DNA from: Tagaea sp.
GTDB taxonomy: Bacteria; Pseudomonadota; Alphaproteobacteria; CACIAM-22H2
DNA length: 64,000 nt
Assembly (NCBI GenBank): GCA_965279525.1
Contig: CBDIIB010000003.1
Location: 480,001 to 544,000 of the forward strand
Reading direction: 5' to 3'
In this document: positions 55,923-64,000 of the stretch, one piece after another
How positions within the stretch are numbered: the first letter of the stretch is position 1
How the letters are laid out: each line of letters begins with the position of its first letter
Notes under the pieces: model-generated
The model's input: the letters and a program-made list of their open reading frames with translations, nothing else
Databases searched by the model: none
Told to the model about the DNA's origin: nothing
Program-made: the position numbers and the translations under genes

Positions 55923-57364
55923 GCGATTTCCTTCCCGGCATCGCCCGCCCCGAGATCTTCCTCGCCTGTGCGGGCCTGTTCCTGCTGATGCTCGGCGTGT
56001 TCGGTGGCGAGCGTGCCACGCGCATGGTGTCGTGGCTGGCGATCGCGTCGCTGCTGGCGGCAACCGCCCTGATCGGCGCCCCCGACGGGGCGCGTGCCGT
56101 CGGCTTTTCCGGGCTGTTCGTCTCGGATTCCTATTCGAGTTTCGCCAAGGCGCTGGTGTTCCTCGCCACGGCGGCCTCGCTGCTGATCAGCATCGAGTTC
56201 AACGAGCGCGAAGGCTTCGCGCGCTTCGAGTATCCGGTGCTGATGGTGTTCGCGGCGCTGGGCATGGCGATGATGGTGTCGGCCAACGACCTGATCTCGC
56301 TCTATATGGGCATCGAGCTGCAGAGCCTGTCGCTCTACGTGCTGGCGGCCATCCGGCGGGATTCGGTCCGCGCAACCGAAGCGGGCCTCAAGTATTTCGT
56401 GCTGGGCGCATTGTCGTCGGGCCTGCTGCTCTACGGCGCCTCGCTGATCTATGGTTTCTCGGGCACGACCAACTTCGACACGCTCGCGGCCACGATGATC
56501 GACCAGGCGGGGGCAACCCCCATCGGCGTCATCTTCGGCATCGTGTTCGTGTCCGCCGCACTCGCGTTCAAGATCTCGGCCGCCCCGTTCCACATGTGGA
56601 CGCCGGACGTGTACGAGGGCGCACCCACGCCCGTCACGGCCTTCTTCGCGGCCGCGCCCAAGGTCGCGGCGATAACGCTTTTCGCGCGCGTCCTGGTCGG
56701 CCCGTTCGGCCCGCTGGTGCATGACTGGCAGCAGATCGTCGTGTTCATCGCCATCGCGTCGATGGCGATCGGCGCGTTCGCGGCAATTGCGCAGACCAAC
56801 ATCAAGCGGCTGATGGCCTATAGCTCGATCGGGCATGTCGGCTTTGCGCTGGTCGGCCTTGCCGCCGGCGACGAAGCGGGCGTGCTGGGCGTGCTCGTCT
56901 ACATGGCGATCTATCTCGCCATGAACCTGACGGCCTTCGCCGCGATCCTGTGCATGAAGCGCGACGGCAAGATGGTCGAGACCATCGCCGACCTCGCGGG
57001 CCTCGCGCGCACGCAGCCGCTGGTCGCGGCCGCCCTCGCCATCGCGATGTTCTCGATGGCCGGCATCCCGCCGCTGGCCGGGTTCTTCGGCAAGATGTAC
57101 GTGTTCCTGGCGGCCGTCTCGGCCGGGCTCTACGCGCTGGCCGTCATCGGCGTGCTCGCCTCGGTCGTCAGCGCGTTCTATTACCTGCGCATCGTCAAGG
57201 TCATGTATTTCGACGCCGGCACCGTCGGCTTCGACAAGCGCCTTGAGGCCGGCCCCGCGGCCGTGCTCGGGGCAGGGGCCATCTTCACGCTGATGTTCTT
57301 CGCGTGGCCCGCACCGCTCGTGCGTGCGGCCGGCGTCGCGGCAGCCGCATTGTTCGGCGGATGA
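55919..57364 (+). CDS. nuoN: NADH-quinone oxidoreductase subunit N
   Basis: [36 protein letters not shown]. Confidence 0.97.
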   Translation: MSDFLPGIARPEIFLACAGLFLLMLGVFGGERATRMVSWLAIASLLAATALIGAPDGARAVGFSGLFVSDSYSSFAKALVFLATAASLLISIEFNEREGFARFEYPVLMVFAALGMAMMVSANDLISLYMGIELQSLSLYVLAAIRRDSVRATEAGLKYFVLGALSSGLLLYGASLIYGFSGTTNFDTLAATMIDQAGATPIGVIFGIVFVSAALAFKISAAPFHMWTPDVYEGAPTPVTAFFAAAPKVAAITLFARVLVGPFGPLVHDWQQIVVFIAIASMAIGAFAAIAQTNIKRLMAYSSIGHVGFALVGLAAGDEAGVLGVLVYMAIYLAMNLTAFAAILCMKRDGKMVETIADLAGLARTQPLVAAALAIAMFSMAGIPPLAGFFGKMYVFLAAVSAGLYALAVIGVLASVVSAFYYLRIVKVMYFDAGTVGFDKRLEAGPAAVLGAGAIFTLMFFAWPAPLVRAAGVAAAALFGG

Positions 57365-58125
57365 CGGTCGTGGCGGAGGCCCCGCGTCTTCCGCCCGCCT
57401 ATCGTCTGGTCGCGCGGGACGCCGTCGGATCGACCAATGACGAGGCGCGCATCCTTGCCCGCGAAGGGGCCGAGGACGGCACGCTCGTGTGGGCGCGCGA
57501 GCAGACGGCCGGGCGCGGCCGGCAGGGGCGCGAATGGTCTTCGCCGCCGGGCAATCTCTATCTGTCATTGGTGTTGCGCCCCGAATGCCCGCCGCGCGAG
57601 GCGGTCCAGCTCGCGTTCGTCGCCGCATTGGGGACCGCCGGCATGCTGGGTCTGCATGTGCCACCGCTGATGCCGCTGCGCTTCAAATGGCCCAACGACA
57701 TCCTGCTGGGGCCGCGCAAGGTCGCCGGCATCCTGATCGAGGCCGAAGGGCAGGGCGACAATCTGGATTTCATGATCCTGGGGGTCGGCGTCAATCTGGT
57801 GTCGCACCCGCCCGAGGCGCGCATCCCGGCGACGGACCTGAAGACCGATACCGGCGAGACCGTGACGGCGGAGGAAGCGCTGGAAGGTTTCGCACGCCAC
57901 TTCATGATCTGGACGAACCGCTGGCTCGATGGCGGCTTCGCGCCCGTCCGCGAGGCGTGGCTTGCGCACGCGGCCGGCAAGGGCGAGCGGATCGAGGTGC
58001 GCCTGCCCAAGCAGACGCTGACCGGCACCTTCGCCGATCTGGATGCCACGGGTGCCCTGCTGCTCGACACGCAAGAAGGCCGGCGCACGATCACGGCCGG
58101 CGACGTCCATCTGGCGGGGATGTGA
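57361..58125 (+). CDS. birA: Biotin--protein ligase
   Basis: [27 protein letters not shown]. Confidence 0.96.
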   Translation: MTVVAEAPRLPPAYRLVARDAVGSTNDEARILAREGAEDGTLVWAREQTAGRGRQGREWSSPPGNLYLSLVLRPECPPREAVQLAFVAALGTAGMLGLHVPPLMPLRFKWPNDILLGPRKVAGILIEAEGQGDNLDFMILGVGVNLVSHPPEARIPATDLKTDTGETVTAEEALEGFARHFMIWTNRWLDGGFAPVREAWLAHAAGKGERIEVRLPKQTLTGTFADLDATGALLLDTQEGRRTITAGDVHLAGM

Positions 58126-58130
58126 GCGGC

Positions 58131-58904
58131 ATGCTGCTGGTCGTCAATTCCAATAACACCAACACTGTTTTCGGCGCCTTCGAGGGGCAGGAGAAGCGCG
58201 CATCGTGGCGCATCTCGACCGATCCCAAGCGCACAGCCGACGAATACGCGGTGTGGCTCACCCACCTGATGGCGCTGCAGGGCATGAATCTCGCCCAGAT
58301 CGACGGCGTGATCATCTCGAACGTCGTGCCGCAGGCGATGTTCAACCTGCGCGACCTGTGCCGCCGCTACACGAAGGCCAACCCGGTCATCGTCGGCGAA
58401 AAGGGCGTCAATTACGGCATCGAGATCAAGATCGACCGGCCGGAAGAGGCGGGGGCCGACCGCATCGCCAACGCGGTGGGGGCACGGACCCGCTACAAGA
58501 TGCCGGGCGTCGTGGTCGATCTGGGAACGGCCACCACCTTCGACGTGCTCGACGCGCAAGGCAACTACACCGGCGGCACGATCAGCCCGGGCATCAATCT
58601 CGCCTTCGAAGCGCTCTACATGGGGGCGGCCAAGCTGCCGCGCATCGAGATCCGCCGCCCGGCCAAGGTCGTGGGCACCACGACCGTCGGCGCCATGCAG
58701 TCCGGCATCTTCTGGGGCTATGTCGGCCTGATCGAGGGCATCGGCAAGCGCATCGCCGACGAACTCGGCGTGCAGCCGACCTTCATCGGCACCGGCGGCC
58801 TCATCTCGATCGTGGCGGAGCACACGCCGCTCATTCAGCATGTCGACCCCGATCTGACGCTCAAGGGCCTCGTGGACATCCACGCGCTGAACGCCAACCG
58901 ATGA
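58131..58904 (+). CDS. coaX: Type III pantothenate kinase
   Basis: GADRIAN, VDLGTATTFD, GTGG; N-terminal motif reads NSNNTN rather than DxGNT. Confidence 0.9.
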   Translation: MLLVVNSNNTNTVFGAFEGQEKRASWRISTDPKRTADEYAVWLTHLMALQGMNLAQIDGVIISNVVPQAMFNLRDLCRRYTKANPVIVGEKGVNYGIEIKIDRPEEAGADRIANAVGARTRYKMPGVVVDLGTATTFDVLDAQGNYTGGTISPGINLAFEALYMGAAKLPRIEIRRPAKVVGTTTVGAMQSGIFWGYVGLIEGIGKRIADELGVQPTFIGTGGLISIVAEHTPLIQHVDPDLTLKGLVDIHALNANR

Positions 58905-60553
58905 AGCGCGACGACGGACTCTACTTCCTCCCGCTCGGCGGCTCGGGCGAGATCGGCATGAACCTCAACCTCTACCGCTATCGCGGCAAGTGGCTGATGG
59001 TCGATCTGGGCGTCACGTTCGGCGACGGCACGGCTTCGGGCGTGGACGTCATCACGCCCGACCCCACCTTCATCGCCGAGAACCGTGACGACCTGATCGG
59101 GCTCGTGCTGACCCACGCGCACGAGGACCATCTGGGGGCCGTGCAGTATCTGTGGCCGATGCTGCGCTGCCCGATCTACGCCACGCCGTTCACGGCAACG
59201 TTCCTGAAGCTCAAGCTGCAGGAGACGGATTTCGGCAAGTCGGTGCCGATCCACACGATCGAGCAGGGCTCGACGCTGAAGCTCGGCGATTTCGAGATCG
59301 AGCTCCTGCACATCACGCACTCGATCCTCGAGCCCAACGCGCTGGCGATCCGCACGCCGGCGGGCACCGTCCTGCACACCGGCGACTGGAAGCTCGACGA
59401 CGATCCGGTCGTGGGGCCGGTAACCGACGAGGCCGCGTTCCGGCGCGTGGGCGACAGCGGCGTGCTGGCGCTCGTCGGGGATTCGACCAACGCCATCAAG
59501 GACGGCACCTCGGGTTCCGAAGGCTCGGTCGCCATCGAGATCGAGAAGCTGATCGCCCAGGCCCCGCAGCGCGTGGCGGTGGCGTGCTTCGCGTCCAACG
59601 TGGCGCGGGTCGAGACGATCGCGCGCGCGGCCAAGAAGGCGGGGCGCGAATGCGCGCTGGTCGGCCGCTCGCTGTGGCGCATCTACGAGGCGGCGCGCGA
59701 GAACGGCTACATGCGCGACCTGCCGCCCTTCCTGACCGAGAGCGACGCGGGCTACCTGCCACGCGACCGCGTGGTGATGCTGTGCACGGGCTCGCAGGGC
59801 GAACCGCGCGCGGCACTCTCCCGCATCGCCGAGGACCAGCACCCGCATGTGGTGCTTGAGGAAGGCGACTGGGTGCTGTTTTCCTCGCGCACCATCCCGG
59901 GCAACGAGAAGCCGGTCGGGCACATGCAGAACCAGCTGATGCGCCTGGGCGTGAAGGTCATCACCGACCGGGACGCGCCCATCCACGTCTCCGGCCATCC
60001 GTGCCGCGACGAACTGGCCGCGATGTACCAGTGGATCCGCCCGCGCGTCGCGATCCCGGTGCATGGCGAGCAGCGCCACATGGAAGCGCACGCCGAGCTC
60101 GCGCGCGCCTGCCAGGTGCCCTACGCGATGGTGCCGGCCAACGGCGACATCATCCGGCTCGACGGGCCGAACGGCCCCGAGCTGATCGAGCAGGTGCAGG
60201 CCGGCCGCTGGGGCGTGGACGGCGACCGCATGCTGCCGATGGACGGGGCGGTCGTGAAGGGGCGCGCCAAGCTCCTGTGGAACGGGGCCGTCGTCGCCAC
60301 GGTTGTGGTCGACCGCAAGGGAAGGCTGCTGTCCGATCCGCGCGTATCCGCGCCTGGCCTGATCGACCCCGCCGATCCGGCCGACGAACTGGCCGACGAC
60401 CTGATCGAGGCGGTGCGTGGCGCGGTCTCGCGCTGCCCCGACAAGGCACCCGATGACACGATCGCGGAAGCCGCGCGCCGGGCCGTGCGCAAGCTCGTAT
60501 CGCAGCGCCGCGGCAAGAAGCCGGTCGCCGAGATCCACGTCGTCCGGATCTGA
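58901..60553 (+). CDS. rnj: Ribonuclease J
   Basis: PLGGSGEIGMN, THAHEDHLG, HTGDWK, DSTNA, TGSQGE, HVSGH, PVHGE. Confidence 0.96.
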   Translation: MKRDDGLYFLPLGGSGEIGMNLNLYRYRGKWLMVDLGVTFGDGTASGVDVITPDPTFIAENRDDLIGLVLTHAHEDHLGAVQYLWPMLRCPIYATPFTATFLKLKLQETDFGKSVPIHTIEQGSTLKLGDFEIELLHITHSILEPNALAIRTPAGTVLHTGDWKLDDDPVVGPVTDEAAFRRVGDSGVLALVGDSTNAIKDGTSGSEGSVAIEIEKLIAQAPQRVAVACFASNVARVETIARAAKKAGRECALVGRSLWRIYEAARENGYMRDLPPFLTESDAGYLPRDRVVMLCTGSQGEPRAALSRIAEDQHPHVVLEEGDWVLFSSRTIPGNEKPVGHMQNQLMRLGVKVITDRDAPIHVSGHPCRDELAAMYQWIRPRVAIPVHGEQRHMEAHAELARACQVPYAMVPANGDIIRLDGPNGPELIEQVQAGRWGVDGDRMLPMDGAVVKGRAKLLWNGAVVATVVVDRKGRLLSDPRVSAPGLIDPADPADELADDLIEAVRGAVSRCPDKAPDDTIAEAARRAVRKLVSQRRGKKPVAEIHVVRI

Positions 60554-60566
60554 GTCCGCAAAAGTT

Positions 60567-60644
60567 AGTTGACGGAAGTTGACCGTCAACTCGCAACCCT
60601 TTGATTTAATTGTCAGGTGACGTTGACAATGAAATCCGGTTGAC
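60567..60644. repeat. Intergenic module B: 10-bp-period repeat, palindrome and IHF site
   Basis: AGTTGACGGA-AGTTGAC-C-GTCAACT (60567-60591); CAACCCTTTGATT (60594-60606, rc AATCAA-N4-TTG); further GTTGAC at 60622 and 60639. Confidence 0.8.
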
Positions 60645-60762
60645 GAAACTTTGCGGCGGTTTTCCTGCACGAGATTCATTCTTTGATTGTATAGGAATAT
60701 GAGCAAAAATCAATTAAATAATCCTGTCGTCGGCCCGGCACCGCAATGCTATCTGTCTGGTC

Positions 60763-61167
60763 ATGATCGGACGCCTCAACCATGTCGCCATCGTCGTGCC
60801 GGACCTTGCCGTCGCCTCGAAGACCTATTCCGGCACGCTCGGCGCGAAGGTGTCGAAGCCGCTCGACATGCCGGCGCACGGCGTGACGACCGTGTTCGTC
60901 GAGCTGCCGAACACGAAGATCGAACTGCTGCATCCGCTGGGCGCCAACTCGCCGATCGCCAAGTTCCTGGCCGAGCATCCGTCGGGCGGCATGCACCACA
61001 TCTGCTACGAGGTCGACGACATCCTCGCCGCGCGAGACCGGCTGAAGGCGGAGGGGGCGCGCGTGCTGGGCGACGGCACGCCGAAAATCGGCGCCCACGA
61101 CAAGCCGGTGCTGTTCCTGCACCCCAAGGATTTCTGCGGCACGCTGGTCGAGCTCGAACAGGCATGA
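60763..61167 (+). CDS. mce: Methylmalonyl-CoA epimerase
   Basis: LNHVAI, KIELL, GGMHHICYEV, FLHPKDFCGTLVELEQ. Confidence 0.96.
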   Translation: MIGRLNHVAIVVPDLAVASKTYSGTLGAKVSKPLDMPAHGVTTVFVELPNTKIELLHPLGANSPIAKFLAEHPSGGMHHICYEVDDILAARDRLKAEGARVLGDGTPKIGAHDKPVLFLHPKDFCGTLVELEQA

Positions 61168-61424
61168 ACCCGTTCACGATCGCCGCGACCTACATCATCG
61201 TCTGGTGGATCGTGCTGTTCATGGTGCTGCCGGTCGGCATGAAGTCGAACCCGGACTCGCTCGGGCGCGGGCAGATGGCCGGCGCCCCCGAAAAGCCGAT
61301 GATGATGAAAAAGGTGATCTGGACCTCGATCATCGCCGCGGTGCTGACGGCCGGCATCGGCTTCGCCAGCGAATACGAGCTGCCGATGTTCGGCTTCGGT
61401 CCGCCGATCCCCACATCGCGATGA
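61164..61424 (+). CDS. DUF1467-family membrane protein
   Basis: YIIVWWIVLFMVLP...GAPEKP; position directly after mce. Confidence 0.85.
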   Translation: MNPFTIAATYIIVWWIVLFMVLPVGMKSNPDSLGRGQMAGAPEKPMMMKKVIWTSIIAAVLTAGIGFASEYELPMFGFGPPIPTSR

Positions 61425-61978
61425 GCGGCTATTGCGCCTATGCGCGGACCAACGCGGTCCATGCGCCCTATCACGATACGGAGCACGGGTTCCCCACCGA
61501 CGACACGCGCGTGCTGTTCGAGCGGCTGATCCTCGAGATCAACCAGGCCGGCCTGTCGTGGGACCTGATGCTGAAGAAGCGCGCGGGTTTCCGGAAGGCC
61601 TATGCCGGCTTCGATCCGGCCAAGGTCGCGCGGTTCGGCGCCAAGGACGTGGCGCGCCTGCTGGCCGACGCGGGCATCGTGCGCAACCGGCTGAAGGTCG
61701 CCGCCGCCATCCACAACGCGGGCGTGATCCTGGAACTCGCGCGCGCGCATGGCTCTTTCGCCGCGTGGATCGCCGCAAACCACCCGCTGACGAAGGCCGA
61801 GTGGGTGAAGCTTTTCAAGAAGACCTTCAAGTTCACCGGCGGCGAGATCGTCGGCGAGTTCCTGATGAGCATCGGCTATCTGCCCGGCACGCACGCCGAG
61901 GATTGCGCGATCGGCCGGAAGATCGCGCGCGCGAAGCCGCCCTGGCTCGTCGCCCAAAAAGCGGGCTTCCGGTACTGA
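61421..61978 (+). CDS. tag: DNA-3-methyladenine glycosylase I
   Basis: YHDTEHG, LFERLILEINQAGLSW, IVRNRLK, H...C zinc ligands. Confidence 0.93.
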   Translation: MSGYCAYARTNAVHAPYHDTEHGFPTDDTRVLFERLILEINQAGLSWDLMLKKRAGFRKAYAGFDPAKVARFGAKDVARLLADAGIVRNRLKVAAAIHNAGVILELARAHGSFAAWIAANHPLTKAEWVKLFKKTFKFTGGEIVGEFLMSIGYLPGTHAEDCAIGRKIARAKPPWLVAQKAGFRY

Positions 61979-62020
61979 ATCTGCTTCGGATCGAGGGGGC
62001 GGGCGATCGCGGGGGCCCGG

Positions 62021-62152
62021 ACAAACCAAAGCCCGGAGATCCTGTTCGGATCGTCCGGGCTTGGCGGCGGTGTCTCCCCAAACTTGGGCCGTGATGCCTC
62101 AAGCGAATCTTGGTTCGTTCGAACCGTCGCCCCGTTCAGGGGTCATTGGTTG
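62021..62152 (-). ncRNA. Candidate small RNA upstream of and opposite to proS
   Basis: Minus-strand promoter TCGACA-N16-TATACT (62186-62159), terminator AAGCCCGGA...TCCGGGCTT (62029-62062) with T-rich tail, CCGCCGC just before the terminator. Confidence 0.45.
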
Positions 62153-62320
62153 GCGGGGAGTATAACTGCGACCCGGGACCTGTCGAGTAGATTCCGCAAG
62201 AATGGACGTGTACGAACGAAATGAAATTACTAATGGACTTGGTCGCGGGCGCTGCCTTTGCTGACCGGCCCGGAAAAAGCCAGAATGGCGGCGCGTTATG
62301 TCGGTCGGAAGGATATCCAC

Positions 62321-62773
62321 ATGCCCCGCTTTTCGCCGTCGCTCGCCGCCATCTTTCTGGTTGTCGCCTTGCCGGCGGCTGCCCAGACCCCGGCCAAGCC
62401 GGCGACTCCGGCCGCCACGAAAGTGCAGGTGACGGGGGTCGACTGCCGGCGCCTATTTATCGAGCACCGGCCGTCCGCCGATGTCGCGTACAAGCCCGGC
62501 GTCGACGTGCGGGGCAAGCCGGTCGCCTCGGCCGATCTCAATCCCACCCCGCAGATCAAGGTGCCCGAGACGGTCGCTTTCGACATCGCGGTCGACCTGA
62601 CGAGATTCGGGGTGCCGGCGACGTCGAAACTTTACCAGCCCAATGTGAAACTGGGCGAGGTGCGCATGGACGTCGCCTCGGGCCGCGTGCTCTATAACGG
62701 CGAGCCGCTGGGCAATCCCGAGATGGAGGCGCTGCGCGAGGCCTGCCGCCAGCAAGGCTTGGCACCGCGCTAG
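62321..62773 (+). CDS. Secreted hypothetical protein
   Basis: AAGGA RBS, signal peptide, AYKPGVDVRGKPVASADL segment, two Cys. Confidence 0.75.
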   Translation: MPRFSPSLAAIFLVVALPAAAQTPAKPATPAATKVQVTGVDCRRLFIEHRPSADVAYKPGVDVRGKPVASADLNPTPQIKVPETVAFDIAVDLTRFGVPATSKLYQPNVKLGEVRMDVASGRVLYNGEPLGNPEMEALREACRQQGLAPR

Positions 62774-62827
62774 GCTTCCCGTAGCTTGCCCGCCTGATTT
62801 CTCCAGACCCCGAGGTTAGACGCTTCC

Positions 62828-64000
62828 ATGCGCCTTTCGCGCTTCTTCCTGCCGACGATCAAGGAAAACCCGTCCGAGGCGCAGATCGTCTCGCACCGAC
62901 TGATGCTGCGCGCCGGCATGATCCGGCAGGAGGCGGCGGGCATCTATTCGTGGCTGCCGCTGGGCCTGCGCGTGCTGCGCCGCATCGAGCAGATCGTGCG
63001 CGAGGAGCAGAACCGGGCGGGCGCCATCGAAGTGCTGATGCCGACGATCCAGCCGGCCGACCTGTGGAAGACGAGCGGGCGCTACGACGACTACGGCAAG
63101 GAGATGCTGCGCATCGTCGACCGGCACGAGCGCGACATGCTCTACGGGCCGACGAACGAGGAGATGATCACCGACATCTTCCGCAGCTTCGTGAAGAGCT
63201 ACAAGGACCTGCCGCTCAACCTCTATCACATCCAGTGGAAGTTCCGCGACGAGGTGCGTCCGCGCTTCGGCGTGATGCGCGGGCGCGAATTCCTGATGAA
63301 GGACGCCTATTCGTTCGATACCGACGCCACGAAGGCGCGCGCTTCGTATAACCGGATGTTCGTCGCGTATCTGCGCACCTATGCGCGCATGGGCCTGAAG
63401 GCGATCCCGATGCGCGCCGATACCGGCCCGATCGGCGGCGACCTCAGCCACGAGTTCATCATCCTGGCCGACACCGGCGAATCCGAGGTCTATTGCGACG
63501 CGGCGTGGATGGACACAGACGTGCTGAAGCAGGACATCGATTTCTCGGCCGACCTGCAGCCGCTCGTCGAGGAATGGCTGTCGAAATACGCGGCCACCAG
63601 CGAGATGCACGATCCGGCCAAGTGCCCGGTCCCGGCCGATCGCCTGCGCAAGGCGCGCGGCATCGAGGTGGGTCACATCTTCTATTTCGGCACGAAGTAT
63701 TCGAAGCCCATGGGGGCGACGGTGGCCGGTGCCAACGGCGAGCCGATCACGGTCGAGATGGGGTCCTATGGCATCGGCGTATCGCGCCTGGCCGGTGCCA
63801 TCATCGAGGCGAGCCACGACGAGGCCGGCATCGTGTGGCCGGACGCGGTCGCACCGTTCGACGTGGCACTGGTGAACCTGCGCGTGGGCGATGCCAAGTG
63901 CGACGCCGCGTGCGAGGAGCTCTACGCGAAGCTCGCGACGGCCGGCAAGGACACGCTCTATGCCGACACCGCCGACAGTGCGGGTGCCAAGTTCGCGACG
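62828..64000 (+). CDS. proS: Proline--tRNA ligase (3' end outside window)
   Basis: Read from DNA: [15 protein letters not shown]...[49 protein letters not shown]. Confidence 0.97.
   Translation, partial: MRLSRFFLPTIKENPSEAQIVSHRLMLRAGMIRQEAAGIYSWLPLGLRVLRRIEQIVREEQNRAGAIEVLMPTIQPADLWKTSGRYDDYGKEMLRIVDRHERDMLYGPTNEEMITDIFRSFVKSYKDLPLNLYHIQWKFRDEVRPRFGVMRGREFLMKDAYSFDTDATKARASYNRMFVAYLRTYARMGLKAIPMRADTGPIGGDLSHEFIILADTGESEVYCDAAWMDTDVLKQDIDFSADLQPLVEEWLSKYAATSEMHDPAKCPVPADRLRKARGIEVGHIFYFGTKYSKPMGATVAGANGEPITVEMGSYGIGVSRLAGAIIEASHDEAGIVWPDAVAPFDVALVNLRVGDAKCDAACEELYAKLATAGKDTLYADTADSAGAKFAT

Overview
High-GC alphaproteobacterial chromosomal window (Rhodospirillales/Rhizobiales-like by gene order); no IS, prophage or CRISPR array was recognised. 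Left to right: (1) a nitrogen/phosphate-scavenging block with ureD(partial)ABCEFG, an M20 amidohydrolase, an orphan PAS histidine kinase, an orphan sigma54/NtrC-type ABC ATPase, uraH, a short puuD and a Pho-box-preceded phoX; (2) a minus-strand aromatic-CoA cluster resembling the 2-aminobenzoate (abm) pathway but with no monooxygenase, carrying instead a Cys-rich CWC miniprotein coupled to an OYE-[4Fe-4S]-FN3 flavoenzyme, plus a Liv-type ABC transporter; (3) a PQQ sugar dehydrogenase, a stand-alone AceE-like TPP enzyme and four tandem short flagellins with CtrA boxes; (4) the conserved core tRNA-Leu-tig-clpP-clpX-lon-hup-tRNA-Val-(mtnA)-tRNA-Asp-nuoA-N (pentapeptide-repeat gene between nuoF and nuoG)-birA-coaX-rnj-mce-DUF1467-tag-proS(partial). 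Best leads: the altered aromatic-CoA cluster; two intergenic repeat/palindrome/IHF modules with near-identical spacing but different core words; a stand-alone small-ORF transcript with an extended anti-16S Shine-Dalgarno; a covarying AGAA-loop hairpin in three flagellin leaders; an 11-bp direct repeat bracketing mtnA; and a candidate sRNA upstream of proS. All calls come from reading the sequence; no database searches were run.
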